Origin: Lingula anatina
Taxonomy: Eukaryota > Animalia > Brachiopoda
Direction of reading: 5' to 3'
Assembly (NCBI GenBank): GCA_051362555.1
Contig: CM120647.1
Location: 9,672,001 to 9,736,000, forward strand
Length of the DNA stretch: 64,000 nt
In this document: one piece after another, positions 11,122 through 25,425 of the stretch
How positions within the stretch are numbered: the stretch's first letter is position 1
Layout of the letters: every line of letters starts with the position of its first letter
The notes under the pieces: model-generated
What the model was told of the DNA's origin: nothing
The model's database searches: none
What the model saw: the letters and a program-made list of their open reading frames with translations, nothing else
Made by a program: the position numbers and the translations under genes

Positions 11122-11490
11122 GAAGCCAATCTAATCTCTCTGCTGCACCACCCATTACATGTACCATTGTACTAGTAATCAGTCTATGCCATTAGGATTA
11201 GTTCATCACAAGAAGCCAATCTAATTCAGTTGTACCACCCACCACAACTGTAATCGGCCTGTACCATTAGGATTAGCTCATCACATGAAACCATCTTCTC
11301 TCTCTGCTGTACCACCACTGTAATCGGCCTGTGCCATTAGGATTAGCTCACCACATGAAACCAATCTTATCTCTCTGCTGTACCACCACTATAACCAACC
11401 TGTATCATTATGACTAGCACACCAGAGGAAACCAATATAATTCCTTTAGTTTGTTGTACCACATATTACCACTGTAATTAAGTTGTGCAT
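11122..11490. repeat. ~70-bp minisatellite, ~5 units
   Basis: recurrent GAA(G/A)CCAATCT...TGTACCACC...CCATTAGGATTAG. Confidence 0.85.
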
Positions 11491-12271
11491 TTGACATTTA
11501 ATGATAATATTAATAATAATGATAATTAAGAAGTATATAATACTACACACCCTCTCTGATAATATGTACAAAGTGAGGGCATTCATAATGAATGGAAACA
11601 CACCCAAAGTCCCCAGCCAACGAGTTAATTAACCCTAGATTTAATTTACTGAAGATCACTCTGTTCCACTTAAAATGACAGATTTAATTAGTTGCTGGAG
11701 AAACTTAAGAGAACCTACAAAAAAGCTGCAAGTTGGCTTCAGCCCAGCTTTTTTTGTATGATTAGTGTTTCATAGTTTTGTTTTTTTGGCTTTAAGTCTG
11801 AAAACAGGGCAGGATTTCTTCATTTTCTCATTTTTGTTTTAAAAGAATTTTGGTTAAATGAGTTAAGTCAGAGTTTAAACTATTTGATGTTAGAACTGGG
11901 GGAAAAAGAAATGAAAAATTCATACTTGAGGTTGCAGTCAAGCATCAGTAATTAACAGAGAGCAGATTTATAAATGACTTCTAGCCTGAAAGTGACTCTA
12001 AACATTGAGACTAGAATTTAAGTTTGTTTTCACTAGAGATAAAATGTACAGCAGTAGTCTGGACAAATAACAAGTTTTTATTATCTTTTTTATAACAAGA
12101 ATGAAATGGCTTCTATTTTAGACCAGCAGGTACTGCACCTGTATTCTTAACCAGTAGAATAAACTACAGATATGTATCCAAATTTGTTTTATTGCAAAAA
12201 TGATTTATCTTAAATGAAATCTTGTCACATGGATCAATGTGATATTTAATGTTGTTGGTTTGATTTTTCAG

Positions 12272-12362
12272 CCGTCAGTGAACACAGATTTCATGACCAC
12301 AAAATGAAGTGGTCCTAGAGCGCAGTATGTTGACACCAGTTAACCAGGGTAAACAGTTGCAG
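12272..12362 (+). other. Candidate non-coding exon
   Basis: gatttttcag acceptor; CAG|gtaaca donor (alternative AGG|gtaaac ~14 nt upstream); GC higher than flanks. Confidence 0.3.
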
Positions 12363-15300
12363 GTAACAATCTCTTCACCTGTTGCTGTGTTTATCCCTCT
12401 AAATCCCCTAATCCGCAATGTCAGCTGAGGTAGTGACCATGATAAAAGTGTAATATTTTTGACCCTTGTTTGACTTGGATCTTTTTTTTCCTATCTCAGG
12501 GGTGGATCCAGAGATATTTTCTGACAGTCTTCCAAGTTATCTTTGTTGATCTGTCCTTCATTTACGAAAGAATGTATGCTCGTCAATGCAAACTTGAAAA
12601 TTCTGACCGCCCGCCGGTCCAGACCCAAAAGATGGCCTCCATCTGCCATTGCATCTGTCCTATTTAAGTAACAAGCTATTAAATCAAGATTAATCAGTAT
12701 CACATCTATTCAATTCGTCCACTGTGGTCAATTTTAGTAGGTCATGCTTTGTTGATCAGCATGTTTATTTTTGATACTTAAATCGGTCTAGATATTTTTA
12801 GGGGAGGAGTTAGTTCACTTTGAGAGCATTAGTGATTATTATACAATTTAGCTATGGAAGGTAAGATGTCAAATCTTAAAAGTACTAGTAGGCAGATTGA
12901 ATTTTATTTCACTAATTAACAAACATGAAACAATGGAATTACACAAAAATAATTAAAGGGAAGGAAAAGATTTTAGAAATATAAGTAAATTATGGAAAAA
13001 TCATTGAAATTTTATGGTACACCTAAACTGGTTGCTTAATTGACTGATAATATATTTTCGGGTTTACCTTTTGTGTATAGCCAGTCATTTCATATTATTA
13101 AATACTATATGACTACTATGTACATGTAGGACTACCTGACCAAAATCCGCAGTAGCAAAGTCATAATTAAAGCCTAGGACCTTTTCTTCTATGACTCAAT
13201 TTAAAACTATGTAACAAACAACAGCAAATACATGTAGTTCTATCCCCTCTTGGGCAAGATGGAAATCTTCAGAAACTTTTTTTCTATCAAAAATATACTG
13301 AAACGGAACCAGCTTGAGCAGCAGCACTCGGCGATTAATTGTAAGCTGCAATCACTCTTTCTCCGTCATATCTATGACGAACTACAATGATAACTAATTC
13401 AGATTGTGATTCAGGCTGCGGTGCTAGTTCATGTACAAGACTTGGACGGGGAAAGGGGGTATTTTGTCGAACACTGATGAAACACCTCTTTCATATCTAT
13501 AGAATTTGACCATTTCGATCCCTAATCCTTAAATCCTTATTGATTTGAATACCTTTATTTTACTATGGCGTGAAATTTGTATGAATGAAATTTTATCTTC
13601 AAATGGGTCAAGTTTACATTCCTATTAAAGCGGGGCAAGCTCTCTTACTTGAATTGATATAATTACATAAGCTCCACGCATATAGGTGTTGTAAAGGAAA
13701 ACACTTTATTGAAATAACACTAATATGGTAACTGTAGAGTTTTGATGGAACTATTGAACCGAAAATAAACCTATAATCCTGATAATCAATGTACATGTAG
13801 GTTGATAGATCTAAATTCTGCAGAGGCAACAAAGTAACTTGAATTAATCAAGCTATATTCAAGTACTAGTAGTGAGGTAAGGGTAATCACGGAAATACAA
13901 AATATTTAGACTGCATGTTTAATTGAAAATATATTTAATTAAAAATGATATGTTGTTTATGTAAGGCTTATAGGTGGGGGAGGGGGTGGGGGATGAGGGG
14001 GGTTCCAAAGAATCCTCCCACTTAGTTTACTAAAGGTCTACTCCGAATCAAAATCTAATTTTGGTTCTTGGGCTAAGATTCTCATTGTTTCTCAAGTTTG
14101 GTCTACAAAGGGGGTTAAATTAGGCACACTTGCACTATTTCAGAAAAAGACCCCCACCCTCCCTCTTAAATTGCTCGCTATAAAGGCCTATGGGTAGTAT
14201 ATACTGTTATATAATTATCGTTTGGTTATATGTTTCAGTTTGCTCATGTTTTGTCTATTAAAAACTTGTACTGTTGTGGACTAGTGGAGTACCTATGGTG
14301 TTTTATATTACCTATTATAGGTAGGTGAATTAAAGATATTGCAGTGGACTTTATATATATATGCACACATTAGCTGGTATGTGCCCACACCATTGCACAA
14401 CTGAACACACACATATATATTCACGTGTACACGCATACGCAAATGCACACACACAGCCCCGATACTTAGGAGGATCAAGCTGCACTAGAAACACAACTGA
14501 ACTTTTAGTCTTCTTTTTATATACAATGAAGGAAGCATAATTGTCCGCCAAGTATATATATAATTTATGTCCTGAAGTACACAAATAGTTACTGCACGTA
14601 GGAAGTCACACCTGTTTGTAATGCACTTTTTAAAGCATTCCATGTCAAAATGCAATTTTCTTCACCATGACGTGCGACATAGCAACATCTGAAAATAAAA
14701 TATTAAGATTTTTATTCTCCACGTTTTGATAGGTTTTTCTCATTTTTAGCATCCATTTGTACTTGCTAATGGGTCAACTTGAAATATTTATTTTCTGTGT
14801 AATTAACTTTCACTGTTTGGTTCATAGTACACACATAGTACATACATTTTGATATGAAATATTTATATTAACATATTTTTTGAAGCAAAGCTGGGAGTCC
14901 ATTAGGAAAAATTCTGTCAAGAAATATTTAAACTAGTAAAACTGATTCTGATCTTGTTTTAGATTCATCCTCCTTAAAGATCAACATAATTAAATGTAAA
15001 TATTTCAACTTGGTGCTTAGTGAATAGCTTTATCATTTTGATTCATTCAAAAGGATAAATAAGTTTGAATTAGATACAATCTGAAGGGAAATCATAATTG
15101 CCTGATAATTTCTCCTCCACCCTTCTAAGATCCAGCCTCATTGCAGGTTCTTTTAAGATTAAAAAAAATATATATTTGTTTTCTCAGTGGACCTTTTGGC
15201 CAGAAAGATTAATTCTTTATCAAAATTTGATCTATTTCATCCCCCCTCTTTTCAAGCTGAGTTAGCCACTGGGGAAGGAGATAAAGGTCCATATATTCCG

Positions 15301-16104
15301 AAAAAAACATCCCCCCTTTTCAAATCGAGCACTGACTTAAGGCCTTTGAAATGTAGTACGTAAGCATGTCATATCTATATGTAAGTCAATTGAGTAATAA
15401 CACTCATTAATCTTACAAAAATTGCTTTGTTTTGCAACAAATAACCTGCCTGCGTTTGCCTGTCATCTATGACGCAGTCTGACTGTTCACATGCCGTTCA
15501 TTATTTCACTCATTTTGGAAAAAACAACAAATTATCGGCACCGTTTCAGTAATTTTGTCTCATATCGTGCTTTTAATTAGCACATCACTTCCTGCAGTAT
15601 AGCCGTTTTCATCAGGTTTTTCACACAAAAGGTGACCTGTTTTTGTGATTAAAACAATCATAATTTAATTCCCAAACTTCACAGTTTTGCTGTTTTGCTG
15701 TCAGGTCAGAATTAAGATAGTTGAAGCCGAAAATGATAATTTTCTTGTCAGTCGTTTACTTTGTACAGCCTATACATACAAGTACATCGAGAGAGAAAGA
15801 GAGAGAGAGAGAGATCCTGTTATTAGTAACTCTACTGATTAATATGTAGTTGTTTCACATGTTGATGGATGTCACGTTCCTCCAGTAGATAGTTCGGAGA
15901 TGAAGCCGCTCCACTCATTAATTGTGTGAAGGGTCACTGTCCTGAGAAGTTGTTCATTTTTGTGAAGGTTTTCTTTTGTAGCTGACTTTACTTGGTTAAT
16001 ATTTAGGATACTATAGGTGCCTGTAATTTAGGGTGCTTTCACAAGATATAACTATCATACTAGATAGATTGATCTAACTCTGTGAGGAATCAAATTATCT
16101 GAGT

Positions 16105-16277
16105 CTGGGGTAGTGCTATCAATTTTTTTCCTTTAGCCAAATCACCACTTTTTTGTCAATTTGTTATCCAAATGGTTCTATTTTGACTAAAATTAGTCAA
16201 ATCAAGCCCTTTTTGTTTAGCCAATTTAAGTCAGTTTTAGCATTTGGCTAAATTGGCGAGTGTTAGCGCTACCCCAG
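16105..16277. mobile_element. MITE family F with 5-bp TSD (TGAGT)
   Basis: TIR CTGGGGTAGTGCTA / TAGCGCTACCCCAG; repeated TTAGCCAA subterminal motif; inverted copy at 50287. Confidence 0.8.
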
Positions 16278-17085
16278 TGAGTGATACGCCTTCTCTTGTT
16301 TTAAAAGTGCTTGTGTAATCGGTAGCTAAAATTTCACTTAAATTGGCCAAAATTTTGGTTTTAAAATTGAAAACTGATAACATTTAGGAAATTAGTAAAA
16401 GCCACTTAAAAAATAACAAAGGGAAGTACCTCAGTCTACGTCTTTCTGGTGACAACACAAGTCGGGCTGCTTTCGGTCCAAAGCGTAGGCATGTGTGAGC
16501 ATGGCTGTTGTACCTGGTGTTGATCACTAGCTGTTATTTGCTTGATTTTTGCTCTTTTCTAATATCTAACTATTTTAGCCAAAAATAAGTAAAAAAACAT
16601 AATGCGTACATGTATATTTGTTTGTAATAATTAAGACATATTATTAAATATAAGACAGGCTATCAAATACCTGGTCCAGTAAGATGCATCCCTCATCCCC
16701 ACCCCCTCCCAACCTCTGTTATGAGCTCATTTTAAGATTAAAAAAACATTACCTTAAATGAAATGTGTTGCTGTATTGCTGTGAACAGGGTTTTCCTTTG
16801 TAAGAGTGTAATCAGCCAATATTGTTAATCATTACTAGTAGCATTTAAATAGGACGGGCAGTAAAATAAGAAATATTCCCACAAGCCCCCCCCCCCCCCT
16901 GCAGTTCCCCTGTTGAGAGTTAACTTAAAATGTTGCCTTCGGTGATAAATGTTTCTGTATTGCTATGAACATGTTTGTCCGTTGTACGAGTTTAATTAAC
17001 CAACGTTAATCAGGGAACGGTTTTGGACCAATTTCCCCGACAGGAAATTACCACTAATGTTTCATTTCCTGATTTTTCTCTTCAG

Positions 17086-17247
17086 TCCTTCCCCAAGATG
17101 TGTGAGGAACACACCGTGACCGCTCACTAACAGAGAAGACAGTACACGCTGTGTGTGTGTATGTGTTATGACACGGTCCACGGCCAGCTCCACAGTCGAT
17201 AGCACTTAAAAGTTACACATTAACTGGATAACCGTGCAAATTTGAAG
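17086..17247 (+). other. Candidate 5'UTR exon with a 10-codon uORF (MCEEHTVTAH*)
   Basis: strong acceptor tttttctcttcag, consensus donor AAG|gtaagt, higher GC. Confidence 0.5.
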
Positions 17248-17557
17248 GTAAGTTTGATCAGGGTTTTGTTTTTGGTATTTTGAAATGATTTTGTGTGTGT
17301 GTGTGATCATTGAATGATAATTTTAATTCAGTGAAATATGAATGTTGCCAGTTTATTGTTAGTCAGTTCACGTATGTCAGTTACTGCCAGTTTAAATAGT
17401 CTAAATTCTTTACACTTCCCGGTGGTGATCAAGAAAAGGTGTTTGTAAGTTGATATACAAATTAAATTATTATACTTTGCATATGAAGAGATAATCGTTA
17501 AATCAAGTAAGCTTGTTCAGTCGAGTTTCCTGCAAAGAAATGATGCTGTAGACGCTT

Positions 17558-17705
17558 CAGGCTTGTAGCCAGGTGAGGTTTGGGAGGGAAAAGGTCCACT
17601 CTGGGTAAATTTGATGTATACAAGGTAAACTAAGGTATCATGATAAAAGGTCCACATTTTCAGAAAAAGAACCCCCCCCTTTTGCAATTGATGGCAACAG
17701 GCCTG
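17558..17705. mobile_element. hAT-like MITE family G
   Basis: TIR CAGGCTTGTAGCCA / TGGCAACAGGCCTG; AAAAGGTCCAC x2; degenerate relatives near 14.0-14.2, 15.3 and 35.7-35.85 kb. Confidence 0.7.
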
Positions 17706-20700
17706 CACTCACTACTGCTGGGAAGTTACGATGTAGTATCACCTGTTTGCCACGGCCTGTGCCAAGTTCAATGGCTTTTGACTGTCGTTGAAAAGCTTGT
17801 GGTCCCGTAAAGAGGATAATGTCACCATGTGGAGGGTGACATGATTTGAAATAAACAGGTTGAAGGTAGAGTAAGCTGATACTTTCACAAAGAGGACAGT
17901 AAATTTGAGCTTTAAGATTTACAGTCATGTAGGCTTTTGCAATGGAGGGCATTTTTTATTTTTTATTAAATGTGACAACGAGTGGGGTTGTTTCCAACTG
18001 ATTTTTTTTTTTTTTTGTTCCTTTTTTTTTTGTTAGGACAAGATATCTCCTAAAGATTTTAGTTTCATTCAAATATTCAGGATAGATATATAGTTGTTCA
18101 TTCAATGATATAGAACTAGTTGCAATTTTGACTGACTTGGATCTTAAAATATCTTTAAAGATTTTTTAAAATTTCAAAATGATTTGATGTCTGTTTTCTC
18201 AGAGTGTTGTCTATTTTTTAACAAACATTTTATTATTATTATTTTATTTAATATTCAAAATTGGATTCTGACAGCAAACTTTTATATTTCTTACAGAAAA
18301 GTTTGGTTTTTAAAATGTATCCATTCACCCTTAGTTATGAGATACCATGTGAAGCAGTAGAAACAGGGTAACAACTGTAAAGTTTTTCAGACTTAAGTCA
18401 CACTTGGTCGAAAAAGCATGAACCAACTTTATGTTACTCACATAACTGAATGTATATACTATATATTTTTTTATTTAGAGCAATATACAAACTCAGATAG
18501 CGTGACTTGAACCATTATTTTTTATCAGATGTTTTATTGATAACTATGCAGATAAATATTTGGGCTCTCAGCTGCATGAAGTATGTATGGTCTCTACTGA
18601 TAGTGGTTGTCTTGCTAAACATGGAAGTACGTTTTGTATGTAATTACTTTATAATAGGCATTCTAACACTCGCATCCAGGATGCATCCAGGATCCACGTG
18701 TTCCCATTTAAACTTTTTGTCATTTGATTAAGATGATGGGGAAGACAGTGAATATATTTAAATACTGCACTTTGTTTAACAACTTGTTGCATATAGTTGA
18801 CTGGAATTTTGATACAGTTGGATTTTTAGGTGTGTGGATCTAGATTTTGGGACAGAAATAATGCCATCATCCCAGTTTTTTATTATTTTGACAGTTATGT
18901 TTTTTGCTATTTGTGACCTGGCTGTATTAAGGTCAAAGTGAGTAAAGAACATATTTCCTTGGCAGAGGTGCTGGTAAACACGCGGATCCTCTTATTAGTA
19001 TTAAACCCATGTGTTACGCCTGGTTCTGATTTTAACATTATTCAGCAGACATTTTTTTTTCTTAAATGAAAAATACATCGTAAAGAGAACATGCATGTTT
19101 TAATATGTGCCACAGGGTACCCACTGTGTTTTTAAATGTAAAGTGACACTGCAATCTCAGATGTGATTTACTGAACTGAGGTCAAGTTTTGGGGGTCAAC
19201 TTAACGTACCTTTTTGAGCCTGGAGCCATTTAGAACTGGATGTTAACTAGGTGACGACCAGGTTAAAAAAGGCACTGAATGATCTACGGACTGGCTAAGT
19301 CAAAAATAAAGATTTTTTTTGACAATAACCAACAGAAAAAGAGACATAATGTGATAATGTCCCTAAGACTCCTTATTAGACTAAGTACTGATTTTTCTTT
19401 ATTACATTACTTTAGGGAAAATGAGCCAGGAAACTTGTGTTTTGGTGTGAAGCATTGCATGTAAAAAGTGGGGCACACTCTATAAATTTATTGGTGTACC
19501 AGAACAACAAAATGTTTGTTGAATAAAACATGAGCTTCCTCTCAAATTTTTTTTTTGTTTGTAAAACAAGTAGTGGTTTAAATTTCTACACAAAATTAAT
19601 GTAATAGTTTTTATGGTACTTGAAATAGCTAAGCTTGTTAGAAGTTTGTCAAAATTAAGGCTTTGGGATATTTTGGTTGCTAGATTTAAAGTGGAACCAT
19701 TGGTGAGCTGACCAGTGTTACTAGATAGAAGTATTTCTGACAATGTAAATATTGCATTTAGATATGAAATTTTGATTGGTCCAAAGGTGGCTAAATTGGA
19801 TTAGCACAAAATGCGCTTTAAGTCATCTTTAATGAAAAGAAAACTCTAAATGCTTGTCATTTCCTTATACCATTTCCTTTAGGGTTAAAAGGAGAAGCTC
19901 GATCAGTTTTGCCAACACTTGGTATGCTTCTTTCTTTCTAGTCCCTAGCAGAAAGCAAAGAAAACAAAAAAGCAATTAATTTTACTGTACAAACAATATT
20001 TGGAGCCCTTTGGCCCTAGAGGACACCCAACTCTCAAGTTGATGTAATTATTTGCAATTCCTCCTCTAAAGTTTATAATTGCTTCAAGTTATTATTTTAC
20101 ATTTTGTTTTTTTGTTGCTACTCTTACATTGTAATGTTGGGATCAGGTTCAAATTAAAAAAGAAACTTGTGCTCTGAGATACATGTGGTACTCTACTTCA
20201 GCCGGTTGAATGGAGAATTCAATGTGACACTGTTTATTTTAAAAGTTACGTGTTATTGGATGTGCGCCTTGTTATTGGAATGCAGTTTAAGTGGCTGTTA
20301 AAAAAAATCCAGGGTTTTAAGCGCTGAAAAACGTGAGAGTTGGGTGCAATTTGTTTCACAAAATTTATTACATGATCTGCAAGAAGTGACATTAAAGTTA
20401 TCCTTAGAAATGTTTAAGGCAATTTTAAAAGGAAAATAAACATACATGAATGGATTCTTAGCTTCTGTTAGGGATTCAAATGTTTAAAATCACAGAAGGG
20501 TTTTAGAATTCATTCTAATTTGGTGTTACTGATTTAATGGTGAGATGTGAGATTTTGACAGGCGTGACATTTTGGTGCACACAATTGGTTGTTAAATGTG
20601 GCTAATCAAGCATTATTCAGTCAAAGGAGGAGGGGGGGGGGGTGCTGGACGGGAAGCTCTTACGTGTACTTACTGGGGTAAGGTCCTAATATTAGTATGG

Positions 20701-21452
20701 GCCAAATACTTGCAACTTGCAGGATGTCTAACCATCAGGATCTGAGAATCTACTGATCCAAACCAAAATTTGCTGGCCCATGTCCATTTTTTTTTAATCA
20801 CTTAAATTAACATATTTAAATTAAACAGGTTTCTTATTACAAATAAGAACAAAAACAAGGGGTTTTCAAAAAAAAAAAAATTAAAAAAGACTTCAACATT
20901 TAGCCTGAACATTATGTAAGGAATTGGGGTACATGTTACAGCTGAAAAACTCTACTGCCCCAGTCAGGCCAGTTATACATAATGGACTGTTCTTCAGAAA
21001 ATTTAACTGGCCTAGTTCGATATTTTTACTGGCATTTGCAGTCGGGCCAGTGGTTAACATTCAGACTATAATAAGACTTAGTCGTGGCATCCCAAAGTCA
21101 AATTATTGTGAACTTGTACTTTGTATATCTGTCGTAAAGTGCCATGCAGTGTGACTGATTAGGAATAGATATACCGATGATGCACTGTTGTGGAATATTT
21201 TAGGTGAAAGTTGCGGGTGTCATATAGTAATGACAGATAATCATGTCATGATTTTCTTCGCAGTGTATTGTATTATTAACAGGTTTATTTTGTAGGAATA
21301 GATTGTCTGTGTTCATCCAAGTCATGAAAAAATGTATGAAGTATTGTAGTGTTGGGTTTACATAGAAATATTGTGTGTCAGTTTGTTTGTTTGTGTGTGA
21401 GCCCTGATGTCAAAACTGAGGAGGTGGGAGTTGGAATGCACTGATACACTTG

Positions 21453-21669
21453 GGGCGTATTCCCATAGATTTACGATCGATCTATCCCCACGGGGAGTCT
21501 CACTAGATTACTGTCAGATAATCCGGCTTAAATGTCCGTCCCACCTACTACAAGCTGTAAGGGGGTAATTAACTTTCGCGCGCCCGCTCGACTGACAGCT
21601 ATTTAGTGTGAACCCCCAGGGAGTTAGGTCGATCTAGATTGGATCGATCTAATCTCTGGGAATGGGGTC
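21453..21669 (+). mobile_element. Harbinger-like MITE family A, subfamily 1
   Basis: termini GGGCGTATTCCCA / TGGGAATGGGGTC, TTG TSD; at least 6 copies in the window. Confidence 0.88.
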
Positions 21670-22237
21670 TTGGATGCATTTTTTTAAGCAATGTATACAC
21701 ATCATGTACTAAGAAAACATTAATGACATTTTGAGTTTGAAAGTTGTTGAACAAGTACAATGCACTTACTGGTATTAATGCATTGATAATCTTTATTTAT
21801 AATTTTCTGAAAATTATAAAAAAAAAAAAGGAGAACTGGTTGGAATATCTTTAGGTAGTTGCAGATATTGATCACTTTTCTTTTAATTATACAAGGATAA
21901 AAAGACAACATTTTTAAAAACCAAAATATGACATCCTTGTTGGAGATTATAAATCCATACATGTATATCACTGCCTTTCATGTCAAAGCTCTATTTGTCT
22001 GTGCTGTTGTGAAATATATATCTCAGTAATTATGCTCTGCTCATTGTGTTAAAATTGCTCTATAAAAGCCTCATTTGGCATCTGCTCCTTGGCTGGTTCC
22101 CAGCAGATACCCTGGCTTGCTTAATGCTATTACTAGTACTGTATGTATGTGTTTTTGTTATTTAGATTATTATAATAATTTCACTTTACACCACCACTTA
22201 CAGGTGGATCCAGGATTTTGCTACGGGATGGGGTAGC

Positions 22238-22277
22238 GGGGGGGGGGGGGGGGGGGGGGGGAGGGGGGGGAGGGGGG
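22238..22277 (+). repeat. Poly-G tract inside a hAT-like MITE end
   Basis: ~40 nt almost pure G. Confidence 0.9.
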
Positions 22278-24774
22278 TTTAAACGTAGGTCAACTAATTT
22301 GTCTCTTTTGCATGGCATATGGAAAGCAGAAAATGGAGTCAGTTTAACCATTTCATGCAAGTCACAGGGATGGAAAATTGCTTGGCTTTGTCTCACGTTG
22401 CTCACGAAACTTTTCTTTTCTTTATATCTTTTTTTTTTTTTGGGAGGGAGGGGGGTAGGTAGGGAAAATAGCCAGGATAAGGTGCTACCTTGGAAGTTAC
22501 TTGATCTACAATTAAAGGATTAGATGGTCACCGGAATTGGTTTGGAAGTTGGAACCCATTACAGTTCATTTACCTTTTAGTATTGGAAGACATCCTAGGT
22601 TTCATGTTACCACTGCCGAGACACTTTATGTAATTAGATTTAAATTTTAGCTGCATTTACTCAAGGACTATTTAAGACCGAAAATCGACCAAACTTGTGT
22701 TAGATTAGAAAGAGACAGTGGAATGTTTCTGTCATTTCTTGCCTTGTCTGAACTAAACTCTGTGGCTGAAAGGGATATATATCCTTATACAGAGTGCAGA
22801 CAGGAATGACTGAAATAGAGAAAAAGGCCTCCAGTTTAAGAACTGTTACTACAGAATTTAGTGCATATTAGACGTAAAGTCACCAGTTATGTGGGAGATA
22901 ATGTACTGCCACCCCAAGGGATATATGCCAGAAGACCTCTAGCATCAGTGAGACAGCTGTTGAAGGCATATATATTACTTGCGGTGGCATTGTTTTTTGT
23001 TTTTGTTTTTTTTTTTGACACCCATACCGAAAGGAAGTACTTGCATTTCACCAAAAAATACCTCTGAAATAAAAGGTATATGTATTATATTAGGATCATC
23101 TTCATAGTTTTCAGTAATTTTTGTGACTGCTGGTATGGTAGAGTTACAACATTCCCTAGCTGACTGAACTCTTTGTTAGAATTGTCTTATAGCTGGGCAG
23201 ATGTCACATGAAAAATTCTGTCAACACAGAGACCCTGAGATCATAAAATACTCATTACTGCCCTGTCACCAACTTTACCTTCAGTACACATGGGGATTTT
23301 TCATAGAGTTCTTTATTATCCATCAGCATACATACACACCAGAAAAACAATAAAATTCTCGTCAGGATTTGATGCTATTGGTTAATTTAATTTCCCGACC
23401 AGTCATAAATGAAGCTCGTGTTCCATGTTTTAGTTACGCTGTAAAACCGTCATATTGAACATAACATAGATTGATGGGGAGAAAATTTGAAAATAGATTA
23501 GATTTTTTTCTTCTTTGTGCTATCATAATAAATATAAGACAAATACTAAAGAAAAATATTCCGTAGAGATAAGTATAGCTCCTCTTTGCTGTTCATAATG
23601 CAGTATAGAAAAGGGTGTCTTTATTAATTAAGATTGCCATACAGAAGCATATATCACTATAGTGAATGTATGCTCAGCTACCAGTGTGAGCAGATATGGT
23701 AATTATACCAGTGAAGTTATTTAAATCTGTCAGTCTGCTGTCCCTCCCCCCTCTGCTGCCCCCCTCCCCCCCCCAAAAAAAAAAAAAAAATAATAAATAA
23801 ATAAAGAAAAAAAAAGAAAAAGAAAAGAATAAAAAAATAGAGCTTACTGGTTTATTGGGGTATGAGAATTCACTGGAATACATATAGCAGAAACAGAGGC
23901 TAGTAAATGAGCAAATGAACAAAGTAATAATAATAATAATAATAATAATAATATCTCATTTTTCCCCATGCTAGGTGTAGTTTACATAGGGTTTGGTCAG
24001 GTCAGGTCAGACAAAGATAATTCCAGACCGAGGGATAGGTCACAGTGACACTGCGCTGTCAGATCACAGAGAAAGCCCATGACCTCGCCTTTATCTGAGT
24101 GACTGATGACACAATTGAGACTGATATCCGGTCTGATATCATTTCTGTCTGAGCACGGTTATAATTTCCTTTAAACGAGGCACAAATGATCCATCATACT
24201 AAAGAAGGAAGTGCAGGATTTATGATCGAAAGTGTGCGTGAGGGACTCTCGTTATAAAATACAAAATTCTCATTAATCGTGTTCGCGAAGTGGGGGAAAT
24301 CATTTTCTTAAAGAATGAATGCATTTGTACTTTGTCAGGGGAAGCAGATTTGTGCTAATCAGAGAGTTGTTGAAAGATTGTTTTTGATTAAAAATTGTAC
24401 GCTAGCATGTTACTATAGGCTAATACTGCTCCAATGTAATTTAGTTCAATGCTCAGAGTGACAGATAATTTGATGGGGCTAAGGAAATATATTTGATTAT
24501 ATTTTGTGACTTTTTACTAGTTTAAAATAAACAAAATAATGGTTTGTGTGAGTGTGTTTTGTCAGTTTACATTAAGGAGAATCTGTAAACAAAATCATTT
24601 ATGTGTACCATTACTATTATGTACATATGCATTTATGTTCGTGCACTTGCATGTGTATACACGTGTGCATGTTTGTGTGTGTGCATTTGTGCAGGTGAGT
24701 GTGTTTGTTTAAGTTCATGTGTGTCTTTTTTAGCATATATGAAGGTGCATGCATGCATGCATATGTGCACATGA

Positions 24775-24776
<2 letters not shown>

Positions 24777-24832
<56 letters not shown>
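24777..24832. repeat. (TG)n microsatellite
   Basis: direct reading. Confidence 0.95.
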
Positions 24833-24833
<1 letters not shown>

Positions 24834-25370
24834 ACAGAATACCATATTGTCACCAAATATACTTTGCTCCATAGAGTTAGGTTGTCAGTATAACATTTGT
24901 AGAAATATAGAACCAGCATAGCTCTGCTACCCATGAAACAATTTAATCCATTTCCAACTTTGTTGCTTCCTCAACCTCCCTTTAATCTATGATCATTCTC
25001 AACTCCCTGGGGAGTTTACCCCCCTCTTTTCTACCCCTAACCACAGAGGTACCTGACTTGAACCCGTCATAGCATAATGCCATGCCGTCTAAACCTGCCG
25101 TAACCCACTTTATCCAATATCTCTCACAATCCTTCTCTGTGTTGATCCGATACAGTCCATGATTAAATGCTTAATAGACCTTAATCTAATTGTCCAGTTA
25201 GGGAGAGTCCAAATTGGCCGTGACGCTCCCTCAGGGAGAGGAGTGATTAATTGATTTGGACGTCTTTTAGATGAGATGATGGTACTTTGGTGGGTGTCAG
25301 TGACAGAGGTGATTAAGGTTTGATACTTTGATATGTGATTGATCAAGCTTTGGTATCAGTTCTGTGAGTC

Positions 25371-25372
<2 letters not shown>

Positions 25373-25420
<48 letters not shown>
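25373..25420. repeat. (CT)n microsatellite
   Basis: direct reading. Confidence 0.95.

Positions 25421-25425
<5 letters not shown>

Noticed and set aside
11122-11490. CRISPR-like repeat array
   Set aside because: Eukaryotic context; units are homologous along their full length with no unique spacers and no cas genes
12426-12445. let-7-like TGAGGTAGT
   Set aside because: Only the first 9 nt match and there is no precursor hairpin
22181-22523. Poly-Gly / poly-Pro ORFs
   Set aside because: Arise from a poly-G tract in a MITE end
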